Below, piece after piece: positions 18,917 to 27,829 of a stretch of DNA of 64,000 nucleotides. Made by a program: the position numbers and the translations under genes. Below the pieces are notes generated by a model. The model was not told the DNA's origin. It searched no databases and saw only the letters and a list, made by a program, of their open reading frames with translations. The DNA lies in the IMG/VR virus record IMGVR_UViG_3300033463_000041, positions 32,001-96,000 of that record. One strand, 5' to 3'. The stretch's first letter is position 1; each line of letters begins with the position of its first letter. The stretch is from a virus (taxonomy: Duplodnaviria; Caudoviricetes).

Positions 18917-19501
18917 ATGGCTTTAGAAATGAATGACTTGTATGCCCTGAAGTCGATGGGTAACAAGGATGGCCTTTCAGCCTACGAGCAGGTGAAGCTG
19001 GACGACATGGCGGCCAAGCGCCCAAGCAACGTCGCCGTTACCAGCATCGTCTTCGGTGGTGCCGCACTCGTCGGTGTCATTGCAGGAACGGTGTTGAACA
19101 GCATGTACGCCAACGCGAAGTCGAAAGAGGCCAAGGAGGCAGCCATTGCCTCTGAGAAGGTGGCTAATGCCCAGTACAACGCTACCCTGCAGCTGATTGC
19201 CCAGGGCAATGCCAACACCAAGGACAACATCGACCGCCTGCTGCTCAGCATCCAGCGTGAGACAGACGCCAGAGTGGCCCAGGGTACTACGATTTCGCAA
19301 ACTATCACTGATTCGATTTCAGGACAGCAGCAGGGATCGCAGAACCAGTCAACCAGCGTGGAGAACTCGGCCTATGCTACGGCTATGAACCAGATTGTCT
19401 CTGACCGTCTGACAGGCCGCTCCAGCCTCGATGCACAGCCCGTCTGCATCTACTCGGCTCCCCAGCCATGTAGCTGCCCAGGTTGCGGTTGTGGCCAGTA
19501 A
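18917..19501 (+). CDS. Hypothetical protein: TM segment, coiled coil and Cys-rich tail (PCSCPGCGCGQ)
   Basis: ORF translation. Confidence 0.75.
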   Translation: MALEMNDLYALKSMGNKDGLSAYEQVKLDDMAAKRPSNVAVTSIVFGGAALVGVIAGTVLNSMYANAKSKEAKEAAIASEKVANAQYNATLQLIAQGNANTKDNIDRLLLSIQRETDARVAQGTTISQTITDSISGQQQGSQNQSTSVENSAYATAMNQIVSDRLTGRSSLDAQPVCIYSAPQPCSCPGCGCGQ

Positions 19502-19513
19502 CGGCTAATGGGT

Positions 19514-19546
19514 ATTAGGGGAAGTCTTCCCAAGATTTCCCCTAAT
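19514..19546 (+). other. Strong intergenic hairpin (stabiliser or partial terminator)
   Basis: ATTAGGGGAAGTCTT-CCC-AAGATTTCCCCTAAT. Confidence 0.55.
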
Positions 19547-19604
19547 TTCCTTTCCAATCCTTGCAAGTTTGGAAAGAATTAGCAAGAATTATCAAACACG
19601 GCAG

Positions 19605-19991
19605 ATGATGTGGAACAAGAATAAACGACGCGAAGAGATGATGAACATGATACGGATGATAAACCCGACAAGCAAAATGGCCATCAGCCAGCAGTGCCTA
19701 CTGATTGCCAAGGGCGACATCGACGAGGCAAAAAAGCTGCGCGACTACTTTGCAGACGTGATGCCTGAATTGCCGGTAGTGGACCAGCCAGAGCCTACGT
19801 GGGTGGACAATACCAAGAATACACTGAACGGTATTCTATCCTGGAGCGGTGAGCATCAGCAGGGGCTCATGCAGATATATGAAATCATCCGTGGCATGAC
19901 GGGCAACCGTCTGCCACCGCTTACCATCCCTGGCATGACAGCGGAGACAGAAGCAGCAGCTACACCGCTGCCTCCCATCAATGAAGAATAA
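19605..19991 (+). CDS. Hypothetical protein
   Basis: ORF in cassette; ATG 19605 preferred to TTG 19569. Confidence 0.65.
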   Translation: MMWNKNKRREEMMNMIRMINPTSKMAISQQCLLIAKGDIDEAKKLRDYFADVMPELPVVDQPEPTWVDNTKNTLNGILSWSGEHQQGLMQIYEIIRGMTGNRLPPLTIPGMTAETEAAATPLPPINEE

Positions 19992-20010
19992 CAATTAAAA
20001 TCACGGCAAG

Positions 20011-20217
20011 ATGAAAGTTTATCCAATCACAATAAAGATATACGCCGAGGACGAACATGAGGCAGAAAAGGCACGTCATGCGCTCGGCGGTTTCGTTGAC
20101 CAACTCGGACAGATGGGCATTCATGTCACTGGCAACAAGATTGCAGACGGCATGTCGCGCTGGGACAAGAATGCCTTTGTAAGATCAAAGATAATTGACC
20201 ACTTCAAGAACAATTAA
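20011..20217 (+). CDS. Small hypothetical protein
   Basis: 68-aa ORF with A-rich Bacteroidetes-type leader. Confidence 0.65.
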   Translation: MKVYPITIKIYAEDEHEAEKARHALGGFVDQLGQMGIHVTGNKIADGMSRWDKNAFVRSKIIDHFKNN

Positions 20218-20228
20218 AATTACCAACT

Positions 20229-20591
20229 ATGGCAGAAATTGACAACAAACCACAGGAGCAGGTGGCCGGTGCCGCCGCCCAGCAGAGACCACCCGTACAG
20301 TCTGTTGCTGCGCCACAGCAACCCTTACCCAATCATCCTGCATCGCAGCAGGCAAAGGCACGTCCTTGCCCGAAGGACTGTCGCAAGTGTTCCATGCAGC
20401 AGCAGATATGCTGCTCGTCCCTACTCTCGTTCCAGTCGTTCGAGGTGATGAACAACATCATCCAGCGTCTCGACGCACAGTCGCAGCGCATTGAGGAACT
20501 GGAGGAGCGCCTGAAGGCCATTCAGTCGTCAGAGGCCGAGCTGAGCAGCCCCGTGCCTTTCAACGGAGATCTGTTCTCTGGCAATGGTTAG
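20229..20591 (+). CDS. Hypothetical protein: Gln/Pro N-terminus, CPKDCRKC...CC cluster, coiled coil
   Basis: ORF translation. Confidence 0.7.
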   Translation: MAEIDNKPQEQVAGAAAQQRPPVQSVAAPQQPLPNHPASQQAKARPCPKDCRKCSMQQQICCSSLLSFQSFEVMNNIIQRLDAQSQRIEELEERLKAIQSSEAELSSPVPFNGDLFSGNG

Positions 20592-20679
20592 GCATGTTGC
20601 TGTGGCACAGCAACCCTATAGCGCAGAGTGGGGCTGGCGCAGAAGGTAGAGCCCCGAGACAATCAACACAAAAACTATT

Positions 20680-21153
20680 ATGAGTTGTAAATGTAACTGT
20701 AATTTCAGAAACGGATCAGACAAGATGGACTTCCTCATCTCGTCAGAGACCGCCGGTGTGTACGCATTGGGCCTGACCCACTACACATGCGGAAACATGA
20801 AGATGGCAGTGAATGATCCGGCACATCCCGTGCAGTGTAACCTCACCATCGAGCCCATCGGCCAGCCCATTGACCTCGGCAACGGTATCTATGGACAGGA
20901 GTTTCTGATTGCTGGAACCGTGACCTACTGCCCGTGCGGCGGTTGCAAGCCAGAGCCGGAGTATGTCACCTTCCAGGACTGCATCACCACCACGTCGGCG
21001 ACGCAGCCGAAGCTCGCACTCGGAGAGGTTAACGCCTCGCCGAAGCCCATCACCTACTACGTCAACAACGGATGCGGGTGCTGCCGTGCCCAGAAGCCAT
21101 GTACCAACCAGATTGCCATCACCACCTCTATTGAGGTGACGGCAGGGGCGTAG
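20680..21153 (+). CDS. Cys-rich beta-structured hypothetical protein
   Basis: MSCKCNC, YCPCGGC and NGCGCC motifs. Confidence 0.7.
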   Translation: MSCKCNCNFRNGSDKMDFLISSETAGVYALGLTHYTCGNMKMAVNDPAHPVQCNLTIEPIGQPIDLGNGIYGQEFLIAGTVTYCPCGGCKPEPEYVTFQDCITTTSATQPKLALGEVNASPKPITYYVNNGCGCCRAQKPCTNQIAITTSIEVTAGA

Positions 21154-21156
21154 TGT

Positions 21157-21498
21157 ATGGACTGGATGGACGTTGCGGCAGTCGTGTTCTTCTCGACGAC
21201 GGTAAACCACCTCGGACTGATAAGTGCCATAGAAAGCGCCATAAAGTACAGACTATGGATACTTGACTGTCCAAAGTGCCTCTCGTTCTGGAGTGTGCTC
21301 GTCTACGGACTGAGCGGCGACGGCATGGCCGCCAACCCCTCATGTCTGGCACGGCTGCTCGCAATATCCATCCTTTCTGCATACATCGCCATCTGGCTTG
21401 AACTATTGGAAAGTATCATCGACAGACTATACGATTACATCTATGGGAAGATTTATTCAACAGCAGATTCCTCCGATGACGACGCGGCAGGTGCCTGA
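21157..21498 (+). CDS. Small membrane protein with CxxC motif (DUF1360-like)
   Basis: ILDCPKCLSFW between hydrophobic helices. Confidence 0.55.
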   Translation: MDWMDVAAVVFFSTTVNHLGLISAIESAIKYRLWILDCPKCLSFWSVLVYGLSGDGMAANPSCLARLLAISILSAYIAIWLELLESIIDRLYDYIYGKIYSTADSSDDDAAGA

Positions 21499-21592
21499 AG
21501 CATGGTGCCCGTCGTGCGGCAGCAGCGTGATTGTCGGTTCTGCCGACAAGGGAAAGAAGCAAGTTAAACCCGTTAAAAAGAAGAAGAAATGA
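21443..21592 (+). CDS. Small CxxC protein with basic tail
   Basis: WCPSCG...KKKKK; stop overlaps the next start (ATGA). Confidence 0.45.
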   Translation: MGRFIQQQIPPMTTRQVPEAWCPSCGSSVIVGSADKGKKQVKPVKKKKK

Positions 21593-22092
21593 CAACAGCA
21601 CAAGAACTCAAAGAACGCTATGACAGTCTCTATGACTACATGGCCAATTCAAAAGACCCGAAGAACATGAAAGCCTTCGGGTGCGTGATGACAGAGATAA
21701 TGGACTGGCTCATCCAAAACAAGCCCGACGTGGCCGAGGAGATGATAGATCAGCTCGAAAGCATCAAGTGGAAGCAGTACCTCACACCCAAGGAGGCTCA
21801 GAAGATTATCGACGGCATGGATCCAAAGGCACCGTGGTTGCGCGACCAGTGGAAAGCTGCTATGGAATCCTTCGGCCTGCCTTTGGAGGATGCGCCGTAC
21901 TATAACCGCTGTGCCCTCTGGGTGGAGATGAACAAGGTGTATTCAGATGCCGGCGACGTCATCGCTTCACTCATCGGCAAGCCACTCTTGCCCTCAGACA
22001 AGGATATTATCAGCGCCTGCTACAAACTGGCCCTGAAGAACCTCCTCGACAAGGACGGTGTGTATGACATCCGCAAGTACTTTCTCTGGTAA
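21589..22092 (+). CDS. Hypothetical alpha-helical phage protein
   Basis: 167-aa ORF, YNRCALWVEMNKVYSD...LLDKDG. Confidence 0.7.
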   Translation: MTTAQELKERYDSLYDYMANSKDPKNMKAFGCVMTEIMDWLIQNKPDVAEEMIDQLESIKWKQYLTPKEAQKIIDGMDPKAPWLRDQWKAAMESFGLPLEDAPYYNRCALWVEMNKVYSDAGDVIASLIGKPLLPSDKDIISACYKLALKNLLDKDGVYDIRKYFLW

Positions 22093-22095
22093 GTT

Positions 22096-22371
22096 ATGGA
22101 CTATGCCGACGCTGCTGAAGCACTCATGCGCCGTAAGTTGCTCGAAAGTATCTACGACCGCATGACCGACGATGAGAAGCGCCTCTTTATCCAGATGACG
22201 ATGGAGAATCGCTCGCACACCGAGATTATGCAGGCACTCCAACAGCAGTCGGCACAAATCCAGGACCTACGCAAGCATCAGCAGACGTTTGCTGAAGACT
22301 TTGCCAGCAACATTGCCGGTAACGCCGCCTGGGATGGCCTTTTGTGGCTTACTCGAAAGTTATTCAGATAA
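22096..22371 (+). CDS. Hypothetical protein, last gene of the cassette
   Basis: 91-aa ORF, FASNIAGNAAWDGLLWL. Confidence 0.65.
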   Translation: MDYADAAEALMRRKLLESIYDRMTDDEKRLFIQMTMENRSHTEIMQALQQQSAQIQDLRKHQQTFAEDFASNIAGNAAWDGLLWLTRKLFR

Positions 22372-22495
22372 ACCATCATTCGCCGTGATTGGTAGGGCGG
22401 GCGCGCGTCAGTGCGTCTGCCCTTGTCTTTGCCGAGTGCAATCCTCGCCTCGGCATAGACATTAATCCCGCTTGTGCTTCTGCTCTCGGCTCGTC

Positions 22496-22531
22496 TGCCC
22501 TTGATTTTTTTTCGGTATGTTGCTATATTGT
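22496..22531 (+). promoter_or_regulatory. Phage-specific promoter motif (TGCCCTTGAT-N18-TATATTGT)
   Basis: Upstream of ATG 22543; one mismatch to the core. Confidence 0.7.
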
Positions 22532-22542
22532 AGCAACAAAAC

Positions 22543-23037
22543 ATGATCAATATGAACAACTGTAAAGAATTTGCCTTAGACGACCTGATGGCCATCACCG
22601 CCATACCTGTCGCAGACTATGCGCTCGGCACAAAAGCCTGGCAGCTGAAGCCGACGATAGTCACCACCAGCTTCTCCCCTACCCTTACCAACGCCATCGT
22701 CATCGGTTTGCAGCCTGCAACGGTAGGCGGCAAGCTCATACCTATCCGACGCCATACGGGGAAGGCAAAGGATGCAGAAAGCGACAACGTAGCCGGACGT
22801 CTGCATACGGTCACGGTGTCATGCGAGGTTGACGACCGCGACGGCGCTACGTGGAACGACCTGCTGAAACTGGAGCGCACACCGAGCCACCTCATGCTTT
22901 TGTTCCGTGGCGGACAGAAAGCATTTGCCGCCGCCACGCAGGACACCTATATTTGCGAGGTGGAGCGTAGCGGCAGCAAAACCAGCGTGTCGTTCAAACT
23001 GTATAACCTGATGGGTATTCAGCTGATTACCGCTTAG
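22543..23037 (+). CDS. Hypothetical, probably structural (tail-tube-like fold?)
   Basis: Has its own copy of the promoter motif; beta-rich ESDNVAGRLHTVTVSCEV segment. Confidence 0.55.
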   Translation: MINMNNCKEFALDDLMAITAIPVADYALGTKAWQLKPTIVTTSFSPTLTNAIVIGLQPATVGGKLIPIRRHTGKAKDAESDNVAGRLHTVTVSCEVDDRDGATWNDLLKLERTPSHLMLLFRGGQKAFAAATQDTYICEVERSGSKTSVSFKLYNLMGIQLITA

Positions 23038-23635
23038 ACCTTACGGCAGAGGAAAATTTTCTCTTCCTTGCCGGACGCTTTACCGGCTCAACGTTCTGTT
23101 GGGTCGGTTTCTTCTTACTTTCCGACATGTACTGCTCCCACAGGTTGCGCACCTCTTCTGGTACGGTCGTCACAGTACATACGAAGTTCTGTCCATACCG
23201 CAAGTTCAGCGGGCCTGTAATGGCGATGTCTGGCAACAGGATAGCCGTATCTGCCTGCGGTCTGTCAACAAGCACCAGACGGCCTGTAAACGGATTGTCT
23301 TTCAACCAGTCCGACATGACGGGTGACTTGGCAGACGACAGGTCGGCGATGATAGTCAACTGCCTTACCACGTTCAGCTTATCCACGCCGTTGGCATGTG
23401 GCCACTGCTGGCGCATCCAGCGGGTGATAACCTCCGTAGCCTGGTCGGGCATCGCCGGGGCGACAATCATCAGTTCCGTTTCCGTATATCGTGCCAGCAA
23501 GGCAGGCAGCAATTCAGTAATCGAAAGGTCTCCATAGCCCTGAAACTGCGTCCTGCCACCGTTTTCGATGGAGTCGCGCAGGTTGAGCAGTTGCCGCCGG
23601 ATACAACAAGGTTCTAAGATGTGCATAACTTTCAA
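23027..23635 (-). CDS. Hypothetical protein (possibly degenerate PLD-like fold)
   Basis: SITELLPALL...IAITGPLNL pattern; no intact HKD motif. Confidence 0.5.
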   Translation of the reverse strand: MKVMHILEPCCIRRQLLNLRDSIENGGRTQFQGYGDLSITELLPALLARYTETELMIVAPAMPDQATEVITRWMRQQWPHANGVDKLNVVRQLTIIADLSSAKSPVMSDWLKDNPFTGRLVLVDRPQADTAILLPDIAITGPLNLRYGQNFVCTVTTVPEEVRNLWEQYMSESKKKPTQQNVEPVKRPARKRKFSSAVRSKR

Positions 23636-23650
23636 TTATCAGTTGTCAAT

Positions 23651-23688
23651 AAAAAAGGCCCAGGCCCGATGATATGGAGCCTGAGCCT
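23651..23688 (-). terminator. Intrinsic terminator after the tail tube gene
   Basis: Minus strand AGGCTCAGGC...GCCTGGGCCT-TTTTT. Confidence 0.7.
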
Positions 23689-23717
23689 CGTAATGCTGTT
23701 GTTACCAGAAACCCGGA

Positions 23718-24299
23718 TTAGTTGCTCGAATCAGATTCAACATCCTCGGCAATCTCACCGTAGTATTTCACAACGTCGTACACCTGGAAATTGCAGACGA
23801 AGTTGAAGGTTGTACCGTGCTCGTCGTTGCGGTTCTTACCGCTGTCGTTGGTACGGCTGAACACCACGTCGCCAGTAGGATTGCCGACGACCTTCCACTC
23901 CTTCTGTGAAGTGCCGTTCACCTTCTTGGTCTTGCCAGTGGGGAAGAACACCATGTAGCCACCGCCCATGTTGGAGAGACGGCGACCGAGAACAGCCATA
24001 TCGTCTTCGTTCTTGTCAACGAGACCTGTACCGGTGACGGTGTTGGCACCGCCCTCGCCATTGTCCTCGCTGCTGACCTGACCAGACTGGTTCTTAAAGG
24101 CGATCTTGAAACCCTTCAGGGTAGAGCCTGAACCACCCTTGGGAGTGATGTTGTACTGGTTCTTCTCATCGTTGATCTCGATGTTGCCCTCGATGTGGTC
24201 GCTGTCAATAGGAACGACCATGCAGTAGTTACTGGTACCGCCCGGATTCTCCGAGCAGTCGTTCGTCTGCTTAACGTGCTTTAAATTGCAAAGTCCCAT
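23718..24299 (-). CDS. Major tail (tube) protein, C-terminus EDVESDSSN
   Basis: CSENPGG N-terminal motif and DSGKNRNDEHGTTFNF typical of Bacteroidales phage tail tubes; follows the capsid gene. Confidence 0.65.
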   Translation of the reverse strand: MGLCNLKHVKQTNDCSENPGGTSNYCMVVPIDSDHIEGNIEINDEKNQYNITPKGGSGSTLKGFKIAFKNQSGQVSSEDNGEGGANTVTGTGLVDKNEDDMAVLGRRLSNMGGGYMVFFPTGKTKKVNGTSQKEWKVVGNPTGDVVFSRTNDSGKNRNDEHGTTFNFVCNFQVYDVVKYYGEIAEDVESDSSN

Positions 24300-24355
24300 A
24301 ATCGTATGTCTTTTTTGTGTTTGTGTTGTTTACTATGATTACTTGTGAATAGAGA

Positions 24356-24413
24356 GTCGGAGGTCAGAGGGCGGCGCTTGCAGTGAAGGTCACTGGGCGC
24401 CGCTCACCTCCGA
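24356..24413 (-). other. Hairpin between the capsid and tail tube genes
   Basis: TCGGAGGT/ACCTCCGA with inner GCGGCGC/GCGCCGC. Confidence 0.55.
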
Positions 24414-24419
24414 TGGGGT

Positions 24420-25700
24420 TTAGATGCTGCTGTCAGAGTCACCACCGCCCTCTTCCTCGAACATAGCTACGAGAGTCACAACACCACCAGGGAAGGTGTA
24501 GTTGTAGGGGTTGGCAGTAGCGTTGTCGCTCCAGCCCTTGAACTTGTAGCCATCCTTCGGCGTAGCGGCAACAGTGATGATGTTGCCATCAGCATAGAGG
24601 TTCTTCTCACCAGAGGTGATCTCGGCAGTACCCTCATTCTCGTCGCTGGTGGCAACGGTGAAGATATCGGCGATGTAGTCGCCAGCGGGTACGTTGTTCG
24701 GGGTGTTCTCCTGGTCGTTGGTAGCGAATACCTTCGGGGAGTAGTCGCGGATACGAGAAGCCTGAGCGGTCTGCACCTGATAGTCGAACAGGTTGTGGTC
24801 GTCAGAGTTGCGCTCAACAGTGATGTCGGCCTGGCTCTCAGGACGAACGTCGCAGATGTACTCCAGTGTTCCGGGCAGACAGAAGATGAGCTTGTCGCCC
24901 TTACCCATAGAGGTGTGGGTGGTCAGCTTCAGGTTCTTCATCTGACTGAACTTCCAGCCATCCTCCAGAACGGTGACAGCCAGCTGCGGGTGCATCAGCA
25001 TGTAACCCTCGACAATCTTGTCAGCGAGGTCAGAGCTGACGTAAGCCAGCAACTCCTCGGCACCGCGAAGGTCGTCGTTCAGTGAGTTGTAAGCGGCCTT
25101 GAACCACTTGTAGGCAGCCAGAGAGTCGCTGGGAGCAGCGCCGGTCTTAATCAGGTTGCCGATAGCCTCGCTGATAATACCCTTGGTGATACCCTGGGCG
25201 ATCTTGGTGAAGATACCGTCGTACAGAGAGAGACCCAACTTCACCTGGTTCTCCGTGGTCTCGGGCAGGTTGGCGTTAGCCTCGTTGCCGAAGAAGAAGT
25301 TGGCGCGGACGTCCTGAGCGTGGCGATTGGCGATCTTCTCCAGCAGGAACTGCGTCTTCTCTGCGTTGTTGGTACCGTCGGGGTTCACGTGGAAGGGTTC
25401 CTTCTCACGATACTTCTGGACGTTGTCCTGGGGGTGAGTAACTGCGAGAATCACCTTTGCAGGGTTCTCGACAAACATACCGAGCTGTACCTTCTTGACG
25501 GCACCCTGCTTATACTGACGTGCAAGCAGACCCTTGTCATTGAAGAGGAACAGCTTGTCGATGTTCTCGACGTCGGTCGTGACAGTGATCTGGAGGTCAT
25601 CCAGCATCTTGTCATTCAACATGGAAGCGCGAGCTACCAGGTCGACATGCAGCTGTTCGGTAACAGTCTGCACTTGTGAGACATTGATTGCGTAAGCCAT
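24420..25700 (-). CDS. Major capsid protein with C-terminal InlB-B-repeat-like domain and GGGDSDSSI tail
   Basis: Directly downstream of the protease/scaffold, with its own promoter copy; LSLYDGIFTKI motif; ATPKDGYKFKGWSD B-repeat signature. Confidence 0.75.
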   Translation of the reverse strand: MAYAINVSQVQTVTEQLHVDLVARASMLNDKMLDDLQITVTTDVENIDKLFLFNDKGLLARQYKQGAVKKVQLGMFVENPAKVILAVTHPQDNVQKYREKEPFHVNPDGTNNAEKTQFLLEKIANRHAQDVRANFFFGNEANANLPETTENQVKLGLSLYDGIFTKIAQGITKGIISEAIGNLIKTGAAPSDSLAAYKWFKAAYNSLNDDLRGAEELLAYVSSDLADKIVEGYMLMHPQLAVTVLEDGWKFSQMKNLKLTTHTSMGKGDKLIFCLPGTLEYICDVRPESQADITVERNSDDHNLFDYQVQTAQASRIRDYSPKVFATNDQENTPNNVPAGDYIADIFTVATSDENEGTAEITSGEKNLYADGNIITVAATPKDGYKFKGWSDNATANPYNYTFPGGVVTLVAMFEEEGGGDSDSSI

Positions 25701-25757
25701 AATCCTTTTTTTAGTGTTGGTGAAAACTATTATGTTGTCTTTGTGTTGTTGTTATTG

Positions 25758-25793
25758 CAAATTTACTATGTAGAGAACTACAAGTCAAGGGCA
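25758..25793 (-). promoter_or_regulatory. Phage-specific promoter motif (TGCCCTTGAC-N18-TAAATTTG)
   Basis: Upstream of the capsid gene; perfect host -7 box. Confidence 0.8.
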
Positions 25794-25810
25794 ATCTGAG
25801 CAGAGTCTGA

Positions 25811-27736
25811 CTAACGGCGCTTGCTACGTGCCTTTGTCTCCGCGTCGCGCTTGCGCAGGGCATCGCGAATCTCCTCTGGAGACATGTTGGCATTCACGGT
25901 GCTACGCACGGTGCCAGTAGCCTCTGGAGCATCACCCGTTCCGTTGTCGGCAGGGATGCCACTGTCAGCGTTGGCCATAGGAGCGGGCTTACCAGCCATC
26001 TCCTTGAGCTCAGCCTTCAGGTCGCTAACCTGCTTCGTCAACTTGTCGACGTCCTCCTTCAGACCAGTGATGGTAGCATCACGCTCGGCAATCGTACCGT
26101 TGGCAGTCTCGATGTCCTTACGGGCCTGGTCGATGTCGGCCTGCAGCTGCTCGGCGGTATTCTTCTGACCGTCCAGCGACTCCTTCAATTCGGCAATCTC
26201 CTTGTCCTTGTCGGCAATCATCTGCTCTGCGTTATGCAGGGTTTCCTGAATCTTGTTAATCTCCTCAGTAGCAGCCTGTACGGCTTCCTCAGTAGCGGGC
26301 GCATCGGTTGGCTTTTCCTCCTCTTCGGCAGGTTTCTCCTCTGCGGGTTTCTCTTCCTCTTCGGCAGGCTTCTGCTCTTCCTCGGTAGCGGGTGCTTCCT
26401 CGGTGGGCTTCTGCTCTTCCTCAGCAGGCTTCTCTTCTTCGACAGCGGGTGCTTCGGTCGCAGGTGCTTCCTCTGCTGGCTGTTCCGTTGCAGGAGTTTC
26501 CTCCTGTGCGGCTGCGGCGGCTGCTTTAGCCTCCTTGGCCTTCATCTCTGTCAGCTTCTCTGTGAGGGTGTCAAGCAGAGGCTTATTGAGGAATGTACCT
26601 TCCTCTGTCACCTGCAACTCTTCCACTCCGAGAACCTGAGCGACAATCTGATACTTCTCGTCCATAATCGTGCTATTTTTTTGTGAAACATTGGTCTTGT
26701 TATCTGCAATATCGGCAATATGCTCAGCAGCGGCTTCTGCGCTTTTGAGTGCAGCTTCCATCGGATCTTCTTCATCGTCTGTCACGTCTGCAGGCTGTCC
26801 GATTTTACGGTTGGCGGTACGGGCGATAGGCTCTTCATCGCCGTTGGCCACGGCAAATGCGCGTGCCACCAGGTCGCCCAGCAGCATCTGTCCGTCACAC
26901 AGGATATCCATCACTTCGGATGCGTCGAATATCTTTCCGTCCAGATGCTCGTCGGTAGCATTAGGGAATGCTGCCTTCATATCGCTGCGGAACTCTGCCT
27001 CCAACTTGTCAAGTTCCTCAATCAGCAGCGTGGCATCGTCGTTCTCGGCAATGTCGCGATACTCCTTGTTCTTGTTGATACTCTTGGTAGCGTAGTACTC
27101 GCGGTAGGTCTCGCTGTCAAACTGATTCTTCTCACCGTTCTTGATAGTGAAGAACGCTGCCATAACGCCTACGCAACCCAACTGGTCCTTCAGGTTCACC
27201 ACGTAAACCTCGTCGCCAAACGATGTGAGATACTCACCAGCCGATGCACAAAGTCCGTCGATAAGCATATACACGCGCTGTCCACAGTCGTGAGCATAGT
27301 CGATAGCCTGCTGAAAATCGTTCTTAGCCCAAGCCGAACCGCCAGGGGTGTTAATCACCATGATATGAGCACGGCAGTACTTATTGTCGGCAGCCTCCAT
27401 CATCCAGTCGCGGATCTCCTTCGAGCCGTATGAGCAGGCATCGCCATTGCGTGTGATAGGTCCGTCTATGGGAATCACGTTCACAAACGGCTCCTTCATC
27501 TGGGCAAGCAGGTTGGAACCGTCCCAGTTATAACGAGGCAGCACCTCGCCGTCCTCGGTCACCTGAGCGTCGCGTATAACCTCTCCGTTCATACCGGCTA
27601 CCAGATATGGCTGCTTCTTCTCTACTGCACCGATGGCAATATGATTGTTGAAGTTGTGCATCAACGTAGGCAGCAAGCCGTGAACAAACTGCGGCATTAC
27701 CATCCAGTGCTTTGTTGTGAAAAGTTCGTAAATCAT
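25811..27736 (-). CDS. S49-family prohead protease fused to an acidic/coiled-coil scaffold region
   Basis: INTPGGS, DGLCASAGEY and GCVGV S49/ClpP-fold motifs; EEEKPA repeats and a long coiled coil. Confidence 0.85.
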   Translation of the reverse strand: MIYELFTTKHWMVMPQFVHGLLPTLMHNFNNHIAIGAVEKKQPYLVAGMNGEVIRDAQVTEDGEVLPRYNWDGSNLLAQMKEPFVNVIPIDGPITRNGDACSYGSKEIRDWMMEAADNKYCRAHIMVINTPGGSAWAKNDFQQAIDYAHDCGQRVYMLIDGLCASAGEYLTSFGDEVYVVNLKDQLGCVGVMAAFFTIKNGEKNQFDSETYREYYATKSINKNKEYRDIAENDDATLLIEELDKLEAEFRSDMKAAFPNATDEHLDGKIFDASEVMDILCDGQMLLGDLVARAFAVANGDEEPIARTANRKIGQPADVTDDEEDPMEAALKSAEAAAEHIADIADNKTNVSQKNSTIMDEKYQIVAQVLGVEELQVTEEGTFLNKPLLDTLTEKLTEMKAKEAKAAAAAAQEETPATEQPAEEAPATEAPAVEEEKPAEEEQKPTEEAPATEEEQKPAEEEEKPAEEKPAEEEEKPTDAPATEEAVQAATEEINKIQETLHNAEQMIADKDKEIAELKESLDGQKNTAEQLQADIDQARKDIETANGTIAERDATITGLKEDVDKLTKQVSDLKAELKEMAGKPAPMANADSGIPADNGTGDAPEATGTVRSTVNANMSPEEIRDALRKRDAETKARSKRR

Positions 27737-27764
27737 ATTCTTTCGTTTTTATTCAACTTTTTCC

Positions 27765-27800
27765 GCAATTTACTATGTATCGCCGTGATTGTCAAGGGCA
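27765..27800 (-). promoter_or_regulatory. Phage-specific promoter motif (TGCCCTTGAC-N18-TAAATTGC)
   Basis: Upstream of the protease gene. Confidence 0.78.
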
Positions 27801-27829
27801 AACCAAGCAAGAAGCAATTTCTACACCTT

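Noticed and set aside
22418-22427. Twelfth promoter-motif copy (TGCCCTTGTC)
   Set aside because: Core mismatch and no -7-like octamer 18 nt downstream
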